Origin: a virus
IMG/VR virus record: IMGVR_UViG_3300035670_000022
Span: 64,001-128,000 of that record
Direction: 5' to 3' (one strand)
Length of the DNA: 64,000 bases
Within the stretch, counting starts at the first letter, position 1. Every line of letters starts with the position of its first letter. The notes under the pieces were generated by a model that saw only the letters and a list, made by a program, of their open reading frames with translations, made no database searches and was not told the origin of the DNA. The position numbers were made by a program, and so were the translations under genes. Of this stretch, positions 1 to 9,500 are shown one piece after another.

Positions 1-369
1 CTCTTGGTGTAGCTCGTTGCTCTTGTTGTGGCAGTAAAGGTGGGCGTCTTCTGTACAGAAAACAACCAGAATACCACTATCAGTAAGCGCAGCATGTTTA
101 AGTTGCTTTGCCAGGGGCGGGTGGTTCTTTGAAAGAGTCTCCATAAATGACTTAAGTGTTATAGATAGCAACTCAGTCTTAGAACTACTCTTACTGTCTT
201 TCTTTGACTCATACTTGCCTTTGCCCTCTATGAAGTCTTCTTCGTCGGCTGTTAGCCCTTCTTCAGGTGCGGCGCTGTTAATAAGAGCAGAAGACTCCGG
301 AGGCTTAAAGGATATGTTTACATTGACGGTCTCTAACAGCGTACAGATCCCTTTAAATAGGTCATCCAT
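1..369 (-). CDS. Hypothetical protein, runs off the window edge (MDDLFKGICTLLETV...)
   Basis: ATG at 369 preceded by AGGAG; the frame stays open to position 1. Not in the ORF track. Confidence 0.7.
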   Translation of the reverse strand, partial: MDDLFKGICTLLETVNVNISFKPPESSALINSAAPEEGLTADEEDFIEGKGKYESKKDSKSSSKTELLSITLKSFMETLSKNHPPLAKQLKHAALTDSGILVVFCTEDAHLYCHNKSNELHQE

Positions 370-410
370 TGATTCTGCTCCTAGATGCTTTTAAGACCAG
401 CTTACCTAGT

Positions 411-427
411 TTCTGAACGGTTCAGAA
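411..427. repeat. 17-bp palindrome TTCTGAACSGTTCAGAA, copy 1
   Basis: Exact sequence; extends to 408-430. Confidence 0.85.
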
Positions 428-1786
428 ACTGAAGCGGCTTTCTGCCTCCATAGATAGGGTAGACCGCACATTCTTCTGAAGGCTGATATGCCCATAGACT
501 TCACTCCCTTTCCACCTGTCTATCGTTACACTCAGCCCGTTTGAATGCTCGTCTAAAAAACGCGGCGATACACAGTCTATCTGCTTCACATCTCCCTCTA
601 GCACAACCTTGGCATGTGTCCCCGCTCGCGTGACTAATGTCTTGATGATAGATGGATGGCAGTTCTGCGCCTCTGTCATCACAATATATGAGTCGTAAGT
701 CGTCCCCCGTACATAGGCTAAGGTCTCCGGAACTACAATCCCTGTCGATAAATAATACTCGTAGGGCTTGTTAATACTCCCGTCTAAGTTCGGTTGGTGA
801 CTCTTCGCTATCTTATTTAAACAGTGATAGATCCCCTTTAACCACGGATCCTGTTTCTCTTGTAACGGCCCGGGTAACCAAGGCTGCTTCTCTCCCCCAA
901 CAGCTACCTCCTGTCTCGTTACAATAACACTCTCGTAAACTGAATCCGTTGTCTGCTGTATCCCCGCCGCTAAACTCATCATCGTCTTGCCTGACCCCGT
1001 AGACCCATTAATCGTTACTAACTTGATGTCCGGGTCCAATAGCAAATGCATCGCATACCGCTGCTCACTATTCAACGGCTTCACTCCACACAATCTTGCT
1101 CCCTTAAATGACTTGATTAGAGAAAAGTACTTCGCGTCTCTGCTGATGATACACAACGCCGACTGCTTCGGGTCTGAATCGGAAATTAACGTTAAACATT
1201 GATTCGGATACAACCCCTGCGTATTGTCAAATATCTCTAGCAACGAGTAAATACCCCTCTCCCCCGTCTTATGCCCAGAGTAGATGTCGTCGATTAAATC
1301 CGCCGGGGCTAACGTCTCTATATGCCCGCTGTAATCATTCTTAACTAAGTCATGCTCATACGTCGCATTGTCTATCCCTAACGTCTCCGCTTTGATTCGT
1401 AAATAATTATCCTTACTCACTACTACACCACTATACTGCTCCGCTAACTTCAATAGATAGTCATCTACCTCCACCCCACAGTCCTCTACACTCCCCGGTC
1501 TCTCGATTACTAAAATCCCCCCATACGCGTTAAGCGGTATCCCCTCCCCTAAATCTCCCCCTAAATCTCCCCCTAAATCTCCCCCTCTTCTATGCTGCAC
1601 ACATAAATTTAAAATCGTTCTCGCAACTTGCCTCGAATGCTTACCTATTAGCCCCGGCTCCGTCTTCTTCCTGTCTAACTCCTTAATCACCCCTAAACAA
1701 AGAACGATCCGGTTATCCCCAAAGGCAAAGATAGAATCCGGATCGTGTAACAAGACGTTCGTGTCGAGAATAAACGTTTTAGACAT
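422..1786 (-). CDS. phoH: PIN-PhoH (PhoH2-type) ATPase
   Basis: N-terminal PIN (ILDTNVLLHDP...SKDNYLRIKA), Walker A GSTGSGKT, PhoH motifs RGTT, EAQN, GDVKQID; probable start MSKTF. Confidence 0.92.
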   Translation of the reverse strand: MSKTFILDTNVLLHDPDSIFAFGDNRIVLCLGVIKELDRKKTEPGLIGKHSRQVARTILNLCVQHRRGGDLGGDLGGDLGEGIPLNAYGGILVIERPGSVEDCGVEVDDYLLKLAEQYSGVVVSKDNYLRIKAETLGIDNATYEHDLVKNDYSGHIETLAPADLIDDIYSGHKTGERGIYSLLEIFDNTQGLYPNQCLTLISDSDPKQSALCIISRDAKYFSLIKSFKGARLCGVKPLNSEQRYAMHLLLDPDIKLVTINGSTGSGKTMMSLAAGIQQTTDSVYESVIVTRQEVAVGGEKQPWLPGPLQEKQDPWLKGIYHCLNKIAKSHQPNLDGSINKPYEYYLSTGIVVPETLAYVRGTTYDSYIVMTEAQNCHPSIIKTLVTRAGTHAKVVLEGDVKQIDCVSPRFLDEHSNGLSVTIDRWKGSEVYGHISLQKNVRSTLSMEAESRFSF

Positions 1787-1898
1787 GCTGCACACAACAC
1801 TCTGTTGCTGTTTTAATGTTTTACAAAACGCGCGGCTCTAACCTATAGACAAGATAACCCGCCGCGCTAAAGCTATCTCACTTCTTCACACTACTACT

Positions 1899-2186
1899 CT
1901 ACTCCCCCACACTACTCCCCCACTCTAATGTCTTAGATGGACAAAACTTTAATACCTTCTTCGCCGGAATTACTATCTCTTCCCCCGTATTCGGGTTCCG
2001 CCCCCTCCGCTCCTTTCTGTCCATAACCGTAAATCGACCAAACCCAAGCAGCGTTACTTCCTCCCCCTTCTCTATACAGTTGATGATCTCCTGCAACACT
2101 GCATTCACAGATTCCGCAGCTTTCTTGTTACTCGTGTCCATAGACACCGCTACTCGCTCAGATAATTCCTTCTTTGTGACTTTCAT
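1899..2186 (-). CDS. hup: HU/IHF-family DNA-binding protein
   Basis: GFGRF...RRGRNPNTGEEIVIPAKKVLKF signature. Confidence 0.95.
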   Translation of the reverse strand: MKVTKKELSERVAVSMDTSNKKAAESVNAVLQEIINCIEKGEEVTLLGFGRFTVMDRKERRGRNPNTGEEIVIPAKKVLKFCPSKTLEWGSSVGE

Positions 2187-2261
2187 AAATTAATAACCTA
2201 GTTAGATTCGATTCCAGACTTCACAGCCTACAAATAGCTTAACTCACTATCCACACTATCT

Positions 2262-2313
2262 TCTCTCTACTCCACTCTCTACTCTCTACTCCACTCTCTA
2301 CTCCACTCTCTAC
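2262..2313. repeat. Tandem CTCTCTACT(CCA) repeats upstream of HU
   Basis: About 5 imperfect copies visible directly. Confidence 0.75.
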
Positions 2314-2901
2314 CTCAATACAATATTCATATCACTGTCTTGTGACATCTCTCTTTTTTATGTATATTGGACTGTATAAGCTGATTGTTAAGTTGTAGTT
2401 TACGGAGCAGTACATTGTGTATGGATATGAAAAAATGACCTAGAAATACAGCATAGGCTCGTCAATGAGTTCGTGTATTGATATTGTAGTTTCTTGACTA
2501 TATACCTTACTGAGAAGTGCCTACAGGACGTGGATTACGCTATTGCTGTTTTATTGAACGGTTTTGTTTAACTGAACTCCCGATGGATCGTGTGGGAGGA
2601 TATGGTTTAAGCACAAACTGAACTAGAAAATAGTGAAGATAAAAGGTAGGACAGATGACTTGGTTTTGGAAAGATACGGATTTTCCAGCCTAACATAGCT
2701 TTTAGCTTTTCTAATGATGAGTTTACACAAGAATTTGGAAAATGGCAAGGGGTCTGGGAATATTTTTTTTCTGAGTGTGTTGGGGGGTGACGTAAGAGCC
2801 TATTGGTCCGGCTGTCAGGGGAGATACTTAAGAGAGTTAGGGTTCGGCTGTGGCGTCTTAAAAAAGAAAAAAAGGGGAGTCAGAGACTCCCGGACAGAAA
2901 A

Positions 2902-4023
2902 CTAGAAAGAAACTGGGACAAGAATAGAGAGAGAGTTAATGGAGTTACCCGCAGGGAGGGTAGCTCGGTTTAGGGAGTAAGTGATAACCCCGACTATTAG
3001 GAGAGGTATGCAGTAGAGCTTTAAGCAGACAACCGCTTGAGTTATAAGAGAGAACAGTAAGAGGTTGCGATAGACCTTGGTAGACACGATAACACGACCG
3101 CGCCAGAAGGCGAATAGCTTAAAACAGAGAAGTAGGACTAGACCGAACAGTAGGAGTAGGTAGAGAGAGAGAGCTACAGGGAACTCTGAAGTACCTGCGA
3201 GAATTGGTTTAGCTGCGAGTAAGTCACCTAAGGGAGTCTTAGCAGCGATGGTATTGCGGGAGAGTTGGTGAAGAACCCAGCCTTCTGTACAGCCTTCTAT
3301 CAGAGAGTGATAGAGAGACCTACCCTGGTTATTAGGGAAGAAAGCGCTACAGATAGCGCCTACTGAGTAACCGGGCGTGCATAGACAGATAGCAATAGCT
3401 AATAGAAGGGAAAGGATTCTAGGGGGACAATAGCGACTCATCTTTGGGTATACGACTCTATCTTCCATAAGAAGAGCGGGTATAGCTAAACAGGAGATGA
3501 GACCTAATGATTGGTTAGGGAGGTCTTGTGGGAGAATAGCCATAACTGCCAGAAGGCAGACAGACTGAATAATAGTGACGATAATAGCTGCTTTAGCGCT
3601 ACCGCGTTCTGGCATAAATGAGACAGAGAGAGCTGCCAGTCCGGCGGCGAGCACAAAGATAATGGGACCAGTGAAGATAACGGGTTTAGGTATAGGAAGT
3701 ATCCATATAGCTAGGATGCCGAGTATCTTAAGAATCAGAGCCTTCTTCTGGATCTTACTAGAGAAGTCTTGTTGGGGACAGACTGCGGCTAGTTGGGAGT
3801 TGGATAACTCTTCTTTAGAGCCTAGAGTCTGAAGAATCAAACAGCACATATATGTGCAGAATACGAGCACAACGAGGCTCATAGCGGAGAGTTTGAATAG
3901 GTAACCCAGTAGGATTACAAAGGCGCAGGCTACGTAGGGAGAGACCAGCCCATAAAGGGCTAGACTTCCCAAAGTTACGCAGCTACCGAATGCGAGCAGA
4001 GTGGCGAGGAGTAGGGGTAGCAT
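2902..4023 (-). CDS. Multi-pass membrane protein, unknown function
   Basis: 373 aa with about 9-10 hydrophobic segments. Confidence 0.7.
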   Translation of the reverse strand: MLPLLLATLLAFGSCVTLGSLALYGLVSPYVACAFVILLGYLFKLSAMSLVVLVFCTYMCCLILQTLGSKEELSNSQLAAVCPQQDFSSKIQKKALILKILGILAIWILPIPKPVIFTGPIIFVLAAGLAALSVSFMPERGSAKAAIIVTIIQSVCLLAVMAILPQDLPNQSLGLISCLAIPALLMEDRVVYPKMSRYCPPRILSLLLAIAICLCTPGYSVGAICSAFFPNNQGRSLYHSLIEGCTEGWVLHQLSRNTIAAKTPLGDLLAAKPILAGTSEFPVALSLYLLLLFGLVLLLCFKLFAFWRGRVIVSTKVYRNLLLFSLITQAVVCLKLYCIPLLIVGVITYSLNRATLPAGNSINSLSILVPVSF

Positions 4024-4321
4024 CTTTTTCTGTTCCGTATAGTAAAGTGTTGTCTTTAACTGAGAATGGACCTAGACGAAGAACACCCGCTGGCGGGTCT
4101 CCTTTGACAGTAATGTTGTGTTCTTTGCCTTCATAGTCAGTAGCTTCAATCGTATATGTATAGGGTCCAGGGTCCCGAATGATATTGCCTTCTTTGAAGG
4201 TCCCCCGGGTGCTTGTGTTTTCGAACCCTGTTCGCTTGGCTGCTTCATACCTTGGATTCAGCAAGTTAGCTACGAACAGTAAGGCTAAGGCAGTCACAAT
4301 GAATTGAATGGGTTTATACAT
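3983..4321 (-). CDS. Hypothetical protein with N-terminal membrane anchor or signal
   Basis: ORF with hydrophobic N-terminus and GGAG RBS. Confidence 0.65.
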   Translation of the reverse strand: MYKPIQFIVTALALLFVANLLNPRYEAAKRTGFENTSTRGTFKEGNIIRDPGPYTYTIEATDYEGKEHNITVKGDPPAGVLRLGPFSVKDNTLLYGTEKDATPTPRHSARIR

Positions 4322-4431
4322 GGTTTAGTAGTACTCCAAAATTCAGGATTTTTTCTTTAGAGAGGTACCTATTTGTTAAAACAAGTCTCTCAAACTCTTT
4401 TTAGCTTCCATTTCCTCAAGTACTATTCTGT

Positions 4432-4692
4432 CTATTTACAGATAGTATCTGGACCGGAGATGAGTAGTTTATTAAACAGACCGGGTTTGGTGCATTCCAT
4501 TTTGAGACCGTCGACGTTGGTTGACGTAGTGCGTGGAGTAAGGTCTAGGGAGACATTACGTAGCGAAGCACCTCCGCGTTGATAACGCAGAGACTCTTCT
4601 AAGGAGTCTGGAGTAGCAAAAGACATCAGGGTATGTAACCCTGCGATGAGGTTGATAGCAATAACGACGGGAGTCAGAGAAGAGCCTTTCAT
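4432..4692 (-). CDS. Hypothetical protein with N-terminal hydrophobic segment
   Basis: ORF starts 25 nt downstream of the phage promoter motif at 4717-4730. Confidence 0.6.
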   Translation of the reverse strand: MKGSSLTPVVIAINLIAGLHTLMSFATPDSLEESLRYQRGGASLRNVSLDLTPRTTSTNVDGLKMECTKPGLFNKLLISGPDTICK

Positions 4693-4737
4693 AGGTAGAT
4701 ACCTGTTGATTGCTTTTACTCTTCTCTGTTTAAGTCG

Positions 4738-5226
4738 TTACCTGGTCAAATAGTCGGGGAGTTTATAGGGAGTCTTTCTAGGTTTACTGTATGCTGTGCG
4801 ACACAGCATATCAGCAAGCAGATTGCACTTTCTGGGTATCCAATACATCTCTGGGTTAATCTTTTGAGCTGTAAGGATACTGAGTCCAGTTTTTGCAATT
4901 GACGATAGGAAAGCGGTACGCTGACATTTCGTCACGGAGCTGCCCCGTATGTGTCTAAATAGCACTTGGGAGTCTCCGTAAAATCGGATGATAGACAACT
5001 CGGGGAGTTGTTTTAGTTGGGAGATGACTGTATCTAGGGCTAAGATAAATGCCATCTGTTCTGCCTCGCCAGAGCGCTGGACGGAGAGGTGCTCCCTTCT
5101 TAATAAGAAGGGAGACTTATCTTTCAGGTACAGAACACAGGATGCTGTTGCTCTTTTGTAATCTGGAAGTGATGATCCGTCGAACTTGACGTACAGAACG
5201 GGCGTCTCGACGTCGTTTAACTGCAC
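4738..5226 (-). CDS. rnhA: Ribonuclease HI-like protein
   Basis: FDGS, EAE, GDSQ and WIPRxxNxxAD catalytic pattern. Confidence 0.8.
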   Translation of the reverse strand: MQLNDVETPVLYVKFDGSSLPDYKRATASCVLYLKDKSPFLLRREHLSVQRSGEAEQMAFILALDTVISQLKQLPELSIIRFYGDSQVLFRHIRGSSVTKCQRTAFLSSIAKTGLSILTAQKINPEMYWIPRKCNLLADMLCRTAYSKPRKTPYKLPDYLTR

Positions 5227-5795
5227 GGGGATTCACTAGGGGTAGGTGGTTTCTGAGTAAGGGGAGTAGATGCTACAGGAACAGAGTCCTGCACAGCGAT
5301 AGGTACATAATTTAGACGACATAGCGTCGCATTAGACAATCGCCAGATCTTACGACTATTCTCCCAGTTAGGCGGCGCAGAGCGCATATGTAAACCATCT
5401 ACCTTCCGGTATTTAGGCGTTAACTCCAGGTTATTTACAAGAAACTCGAGTTCCACCTGACTATCGAAATTCACTACTAAACTACCTATTTGGGTAATTA
5501 ATTGTAGAACCTTGCTGTCCGGCAGCTTTGGATAACTCATTGTCGAACCATCTTCAAGACGGCACCCACAGATATACTCCGCTAGAAGAGAGTTATATGT
5601 AGTCCCGTCATCGTCTACCTCAATGCAGTCAAGCACCCGCTCCGGCGTTTCTAGGTCAGTAAAGTGTGTTAACAACACCCGTAACTGAAGGGGTTGTACA
5701 TCTTGACCTAAACTGTGACAGAGCCCGGCTTTAAGTCGAGCTGATTTCACAACAGAGATTTCTGTTACGGTGCCTGTATAGATAAACAGAGACAT
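5217..5795 (-). CDS. Hypothetical protein
   Basis: 192-aa ORF downstream of two promoter motifs, overlapping the RNase H start. Confidence 0.7.
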   Translation of the reverse strand: MSLFIYTGTVTEISVVKSARLKAGLCHSLGQDVQPLQLRVLLTHFTDLETPERVLDCIEVDDDGTTYNSLLAEYICGCRLEDGSTMSYPKLPDSKVLQLITQIGSLVVNFDSQVELEFLVNNLELTPKYRKVDGLHMRSAPPNWENSRKIWRLSNATLCRLNYVPIAVQDSVPVASTPLTQKPPTPSESPCS

Positions 5796-6153
5796 AGTAT
5801 CTCAAGGCGGTGTCGCCCTGTATAGTTTTTCTTTTGTCTTTTACTCTTCTCTGTTTGACTAGACACCCTAGATATCCCCTAACCACCCGTTCAGCGTACT
5901 TTTCTCTGTTTTTAAAAAAGGCTAATAAAAAGCCCTCTTATTTTGAGGGCTAACTTGAACGGGTCTTTATCTGCGTGTTAAAATTAACATACACTTCTAG
6001 AAATCTAATATGTGAAAAGTTGTCTATTGACAGTAGACAACTTCTGTACAGAATTATAGCATCGAGTAAAGAGACAAAGCAGTGAAGCTCCTCAGTAATA
6101 GGGGAGCTTCTTGTTTGGGAAAGGAAGAGTCTCTATTACGTAACTCAAAAGAT

Positions 6154-6170
6154 TTCTGAACCGTTCAGAA
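6154..6170. repeat. 17-bp palindrome, copy 2
   Basis: Exact sequence, intergenic. Confidence 0.85.
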
Positions 6171-6378
6171 TTTTACTTGCTTTGTTGGTTTTGTGTATAC
6201 TCTATTTAGACGTAGCAACTGCTTTGTCGAAGTCTCCCAAATGTCAAGGTTATGACCTACGGGCCCGCTGTCGAATTCATCGGAGACTGGAACAAAGAGT
6301 AGGCGCTGAGTCTAGCCTAGATTCTGTAACACTAAAGATTTCCGTCGCACTGGTTGAGAAAGCGATTAGAGCTAAGTG

Positions 6379-6561
6379 TTAAAGAAAGTAAGCAACCCAG
6401 TCGATACCCTCTAAATACAGCAAATGCTGAAGACCGTTTAAGAAACGGTCTAAGAAAGCGACCAACCAATTAGGGTTGAGTCGGTTTTGTTGTATCTCAT
6501 CCTCTATATCTTTTAAGAGGACGAGGTAATCTATCGTGTTTCCATTGTTGTTTGGTTTCAT
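6379..6561 (-). CDS. Small hypothetical protein
   Basis: ORF coupled to the upstream small genes. Confidence 0.4.
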   Translation of the reverse strand: MKPNNNGNTIDYLVLLKDIEDEIQQNRLNPNWLVAFLDRFLNGLQHLLYLEGIDWVAYFL

Positions 6562-6757
6562 ATAGAGCGGCGATACAAATATCGTCGTAGGGTTCAGGAA
6601 CGTCTCCGAAGAGAGCCCGGTTCCCTAAATTGATTTTGAAGTCAAAGACATCGTCACTGACGATGTCTTTTAGCATAGCTTTTTGCACTTTATGCGGATG
6701 GTTTGCTTGAGTACGCAAACACATCCCGCTGTGGTATTTGCGGATAGTTCTAGCCAT
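6497..6757 (-). CDS. Small basic hypothetical protein
   Basis: Probable start MARTIRKY with GAGG RBS. Confidence 0.6.
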   Translation of the reverse strand: MARTIRKYHSGMCLRTQANHPHKVQKAMLKDIVSDDVFDFKINLGNRALFGDVPEPYDDICIAALYETKQQWKHDRLPRPLKRYRG

Positions 6758-6968
6758 GTTGTAATACCTCGTTGATTTCGTCTTGATGTTGAAGCAGGAG
6801 GGCATGCTCCTTATTACCTTTACCAGTATCCATGCCTGTCTGCCGTGGGTTACGGCAAGACCAGCAGTGACACTTCTTCCTGTTTTTGCGGAAGAATTTT
6901 TGTTGTTCGGGGGTTAACCACCAAATCTGTTTAACTTTACGGTCATCAACTACTTTACGGTGCCACAT
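6750..6968 (-). CDS. Small basic protein with CxCxxC-xNPR motif
   Basis: AAGGAGG RBS; promoter motif at 6994-7007. Confidence 0.7.
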   Translation of the reverse strand: MWHRKVVDDRKVKQIWWLTPEQQKFFRKNRKKCHCWSCRNPRQTGMDTGKGNKEHALLLQHQDEINEVLQHG

Positions 6969-7049
6969 AAGACCTCCTTAGCTTGATGTCTTGTATTCTT
7001 CTCTGTTGTAGCAAAAAACAGCTTGGGGCAATCCAAGCTGTTTGGTTTC

Positions 7050-7283
7050 TTAACGGTAAATAAGATCTTCCCGTTTAGGGAGTTGATCAAGGAGCGTCGC
7101 AGCTCCTATGTAGGCGTCTAGGGCGCCGAATGTGTAAGATAACTCATGTTCACTTACATTTGGGAGACCCATTACAAAAGTGTAGGCTTGGAAGTAACTC
7201 AAGCCGTAGGTGTCTCGTAAGAACTCTTCTGCCGCATCTTCTGATGTGGCTAGCAGCGTTTTGAAAGTAGTGTAGTTATCCAT
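7050..7283 (-). CDS. Hypothetical protein
   Basis: AAGGAGG RBS; followed by a terminator hairpin. Confidence 0.75.
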   Translation of the reverse strand: MDNYTTFKTLLATSEDAAEEFLRDTYGLSYFQAYTFVMGLPNVSEHELSYTFGALDAYIGAATLLDQLPKREDLIYR

Positions 7284-7284
7284 G

Positions 7285-7407
7285 TTAGACCTCCTTTAGT
7301 CTTTTGATTAACTGCTTGGTTTTAGCCTTAACGGCTTTGAACTTGGCAGGAGCAAGGCGCTCCCGCTTCTTCTTGGCACCATCACGGTGCCAGTGTTTAA
7401 CAATCAT
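7285..7407 (-). CDS. 40-aa highly basic peptide (MIVKHWHRDGAKKKRERLAPAKFKAVKAKTKQLIKRLKEV)
   Basis: ATGA-coupled to the upstream ORF, GAGG RBS, ends 1 nt before the next start. Confidence 0.6.
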   Translation of the reverse strand: MIVKHWHRDGAKKKRERLAPAKFKAVKAKTKQLIKRLKEV

Positions 7408-7523
7408 AAGACCTCGTCGGTGTAGCCATTTTTCATGGCGTGGATTAGCACCGTTAAAGTAGCGATGCCGCTACCGAAAATGAATCCAAGTGTCATTCCA
7501 AGTGTGAGTAGAAAAATAGTCAT
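7404..7523 (-). CDS. 39-aa single-TM peptide (MTIFLLTLGMTLGFIFGSGIATLTVLIHAMKNGYTDEVL)
   Basis: AGGAG RBS; hydrophobic helix. Confidence 0.6.
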   Translation of the reverse strand: MTIFLLTLGMTLGFIFGSGIATLTVLIHAMKNGYTDEVL

Positions 7524-7559
7524 TATGATACTCCTAGTTAGAGTTAGCTAAACAGTTTT

Positions 7560-8737
7560 CGAGATGCTCCCACACAGCTAGGAGCTGTGCTTTTTGTTGG
7601 GCAATTTCGAATGCATCCTCGTACGATGTACGAGGCGCCGCAGCTAGAAGCTGCAAATATTCGAATAGTGTTATGTTCTCCGGCAGTGTATGCATGGAGA
7701 CCTCCTATATAATGATGGACAATACCCCCAGGTGGACACGATCCACAATTCCAGCCTACCTATGCGGCACTGGGGATCAACTTCGACTTCCTCACGGGTC
7801 TAGCCTTGTACAGTCGTCTAGATATACATTCGGGAGATATCAGCCTATCTACTGCTACCAGTAGCCAACACACAACGTTTTCCCTAATCCCCCGTAGAGG
7901 ATTGTGGGTATCGATCCCACGCCGTTGTGTGGATATATAACTTCTATCCGAAGATATGGCGGCTGGATACCCAGCTTGTGACCAGTCTTTACACGTAGGA
8001 AGGGCGACGGCCCTATAAAGTAGTTGTGGAAATGCGCCGTACAGGTACTGCCCCTGTCTACGCCACCTTATGAGGGTGGAGCCTCCCTTCTCGGCCAACG
8101 GCGCGGGTGTCCGGCTTAGTGTGTACAGCACTTGCCGGGCGTGTGTGACCTATAGAGCCTGTAATCCAACCAGTCACGTTCTCGTTGGCAGACCGCTATT
8201 CCCTTCCTCTACAAACTACTCAGAATAGCCAGTGTAGTTTGCCCCTTAACCCCAGGGCGGGTATACCTCTTAGATGACGAGTCTAAGAGGGATTCTAGCA
8301 GTTCGCTCAATTGAACGTTCACTATCGAGACTCCTTAGTGTGTTAGTGCCTCGATAGCTAGCTAGGAACTACTTATATTTCTGCCCGAAGGGCACGGATC
8401 AACACACTACCGATCTTTCAGTCACGAGGGCGACGGCCCCATTATAAAGATGTGGAGGGGTTTGATACCCCCAAGGATTCTGCAGTTGGTCAGACTACAT
8501 ATCCAACCACAGCTTTGTCTGTTCAAAGTGTCTTGCTCGCCATATCAGGTCCGCACACTCTTTTAGGTGTATATAGCCTTGCGAGCATCACCTAAACTAC
8601 AATCTTGACTGACCAAGCCCTAAGATTCTGACAGATTTGACTGTATCGCGTTACTTCCGCGCACACATCAACGTATCCATTTTAGAAGGCATTATCCCCC
8701 GAATACTAGAGGGGCCCATATGAGAGTTATCTCTCAT
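7560..8737 (-). ncRNA. Candidate large (~1.2 kb) structured non-coding RNA
   Basis: No credible ORF with an RBS; more than 20 hairpins and multibranch stems; cUUCGg loop on the minus strand; duplicated GGGCCGTCGCCCT hairpin; phage promoter motif immediately upstream (8739-8752). Confidence 0.6.
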
Positions 8738-8800
8738 GTACTCTTCTCTGTTGTAGAAAAAGAAAGAGTATCGGTTAAGACGACACTCTTCTTTGACTAA

Positions 8801-9187
8801 TTAAGCGAAAGATTCAGTTACAACTTTGACTTCAATAAGCCGTTCCCAGCCTGCGAATTCAAAGTAGAACTCACCTTCTCGGTTGACCCGATTGTTTTTA
8901 GCAAAGATAACCGGGCGGTCTCCCGCAATGCCTAAGACTTGTTGTTGTAAGTTGATAGGGCAGACAACTGCCAAGATATCAAACTCAGCTGCTATAGCTT
9001 TGAATGATTCGATTTGTACAGTATTAGGTGCCTCACCATGAGGCGTAATTTCAGCCTCAAACTGAACGTGTACATTAGGCATGGTGCCGTTGACTTGTAC
9101 AACTTCGATAGCGCCTAGTTTGGCTTTTAAAGCAGTAAACTGCTCATAGCTCATTTCATGGCGACTGAACCACATTACTTTGGTCAT
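8801..9187 (-). CDS. Small Rossmann-like protein, possibly Csx16-like
   Basis: WFSRH N-terminus and DILAVVCPINL segment; AAGGAG RBS; own promoter motif. Confidence 0.55.
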   Translation of the reverse strand: MTKVMWFSRHEMSYEQFTALKAKLGAIEVVQVNGTMPNVHVQFEAEITPHGEAPNTVQIESFKAIAAEFDILAVVCPINLQQQVLGIAGDRPVIFAKNNRVNREGEFYFEFAGWERLIEVKVVTESFA

Positions 9188-9268
9188 AAGATATCTCCTT
9201 AATTTCGTGTACTCTTCTCTGTTGCTTTAAAAAACACTAGCAGGTTATTAACCTGCTAGCGTTTAACA

Positions 9269-9439
9269 CTATCGGAACTTCTTGGTGGCTGCTATATAAG
9301 CAGCCACGTTCCGGCGATGCTCTTCACGAGCCTCCGCCATTTGGCGGATAAACTCCTCCGTCTCCCGACGGACAGCTTCTTTATGTGCTTCAATAGATGC
9401 GGCAAATTCTTCCGGATGATAGACCACAGATGTAGACAT
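9269..9439 (-). CDS. 56-aa helical hypothetical protein (MSTSVVYHPEEFAASIEAHKK...)
   Basis: AGGAG RBS; flanked by terminators. Confidence 0.6.
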   Translation of the reverse strand: MSTSVVYHPEEFAASIEAHKEAVRRETEEFIRQMAEAREEHRRNVAAYIAATKKFR

Positions 9440-9500
9440 AGTTTAGACTCCTAATTTGAATATGAATACGAAAAGCCCCCGAAGGCGGGGGCAGTAGCAA

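Noticed and set aside
7673-8131. ORFs 7673-7864 (+) and 7760-8131 (-) as genes
   Set aside because: No RBS, atypical composition, and the region is better explained by RNA structure
7560-8737. Group II intron, group I intron, tmRNA or tRNA cluster
   Set aside because: No domain V motif, interrupted host gene, tRNA-like ends or T-loop consensus recognised; an Rfam search is still needed
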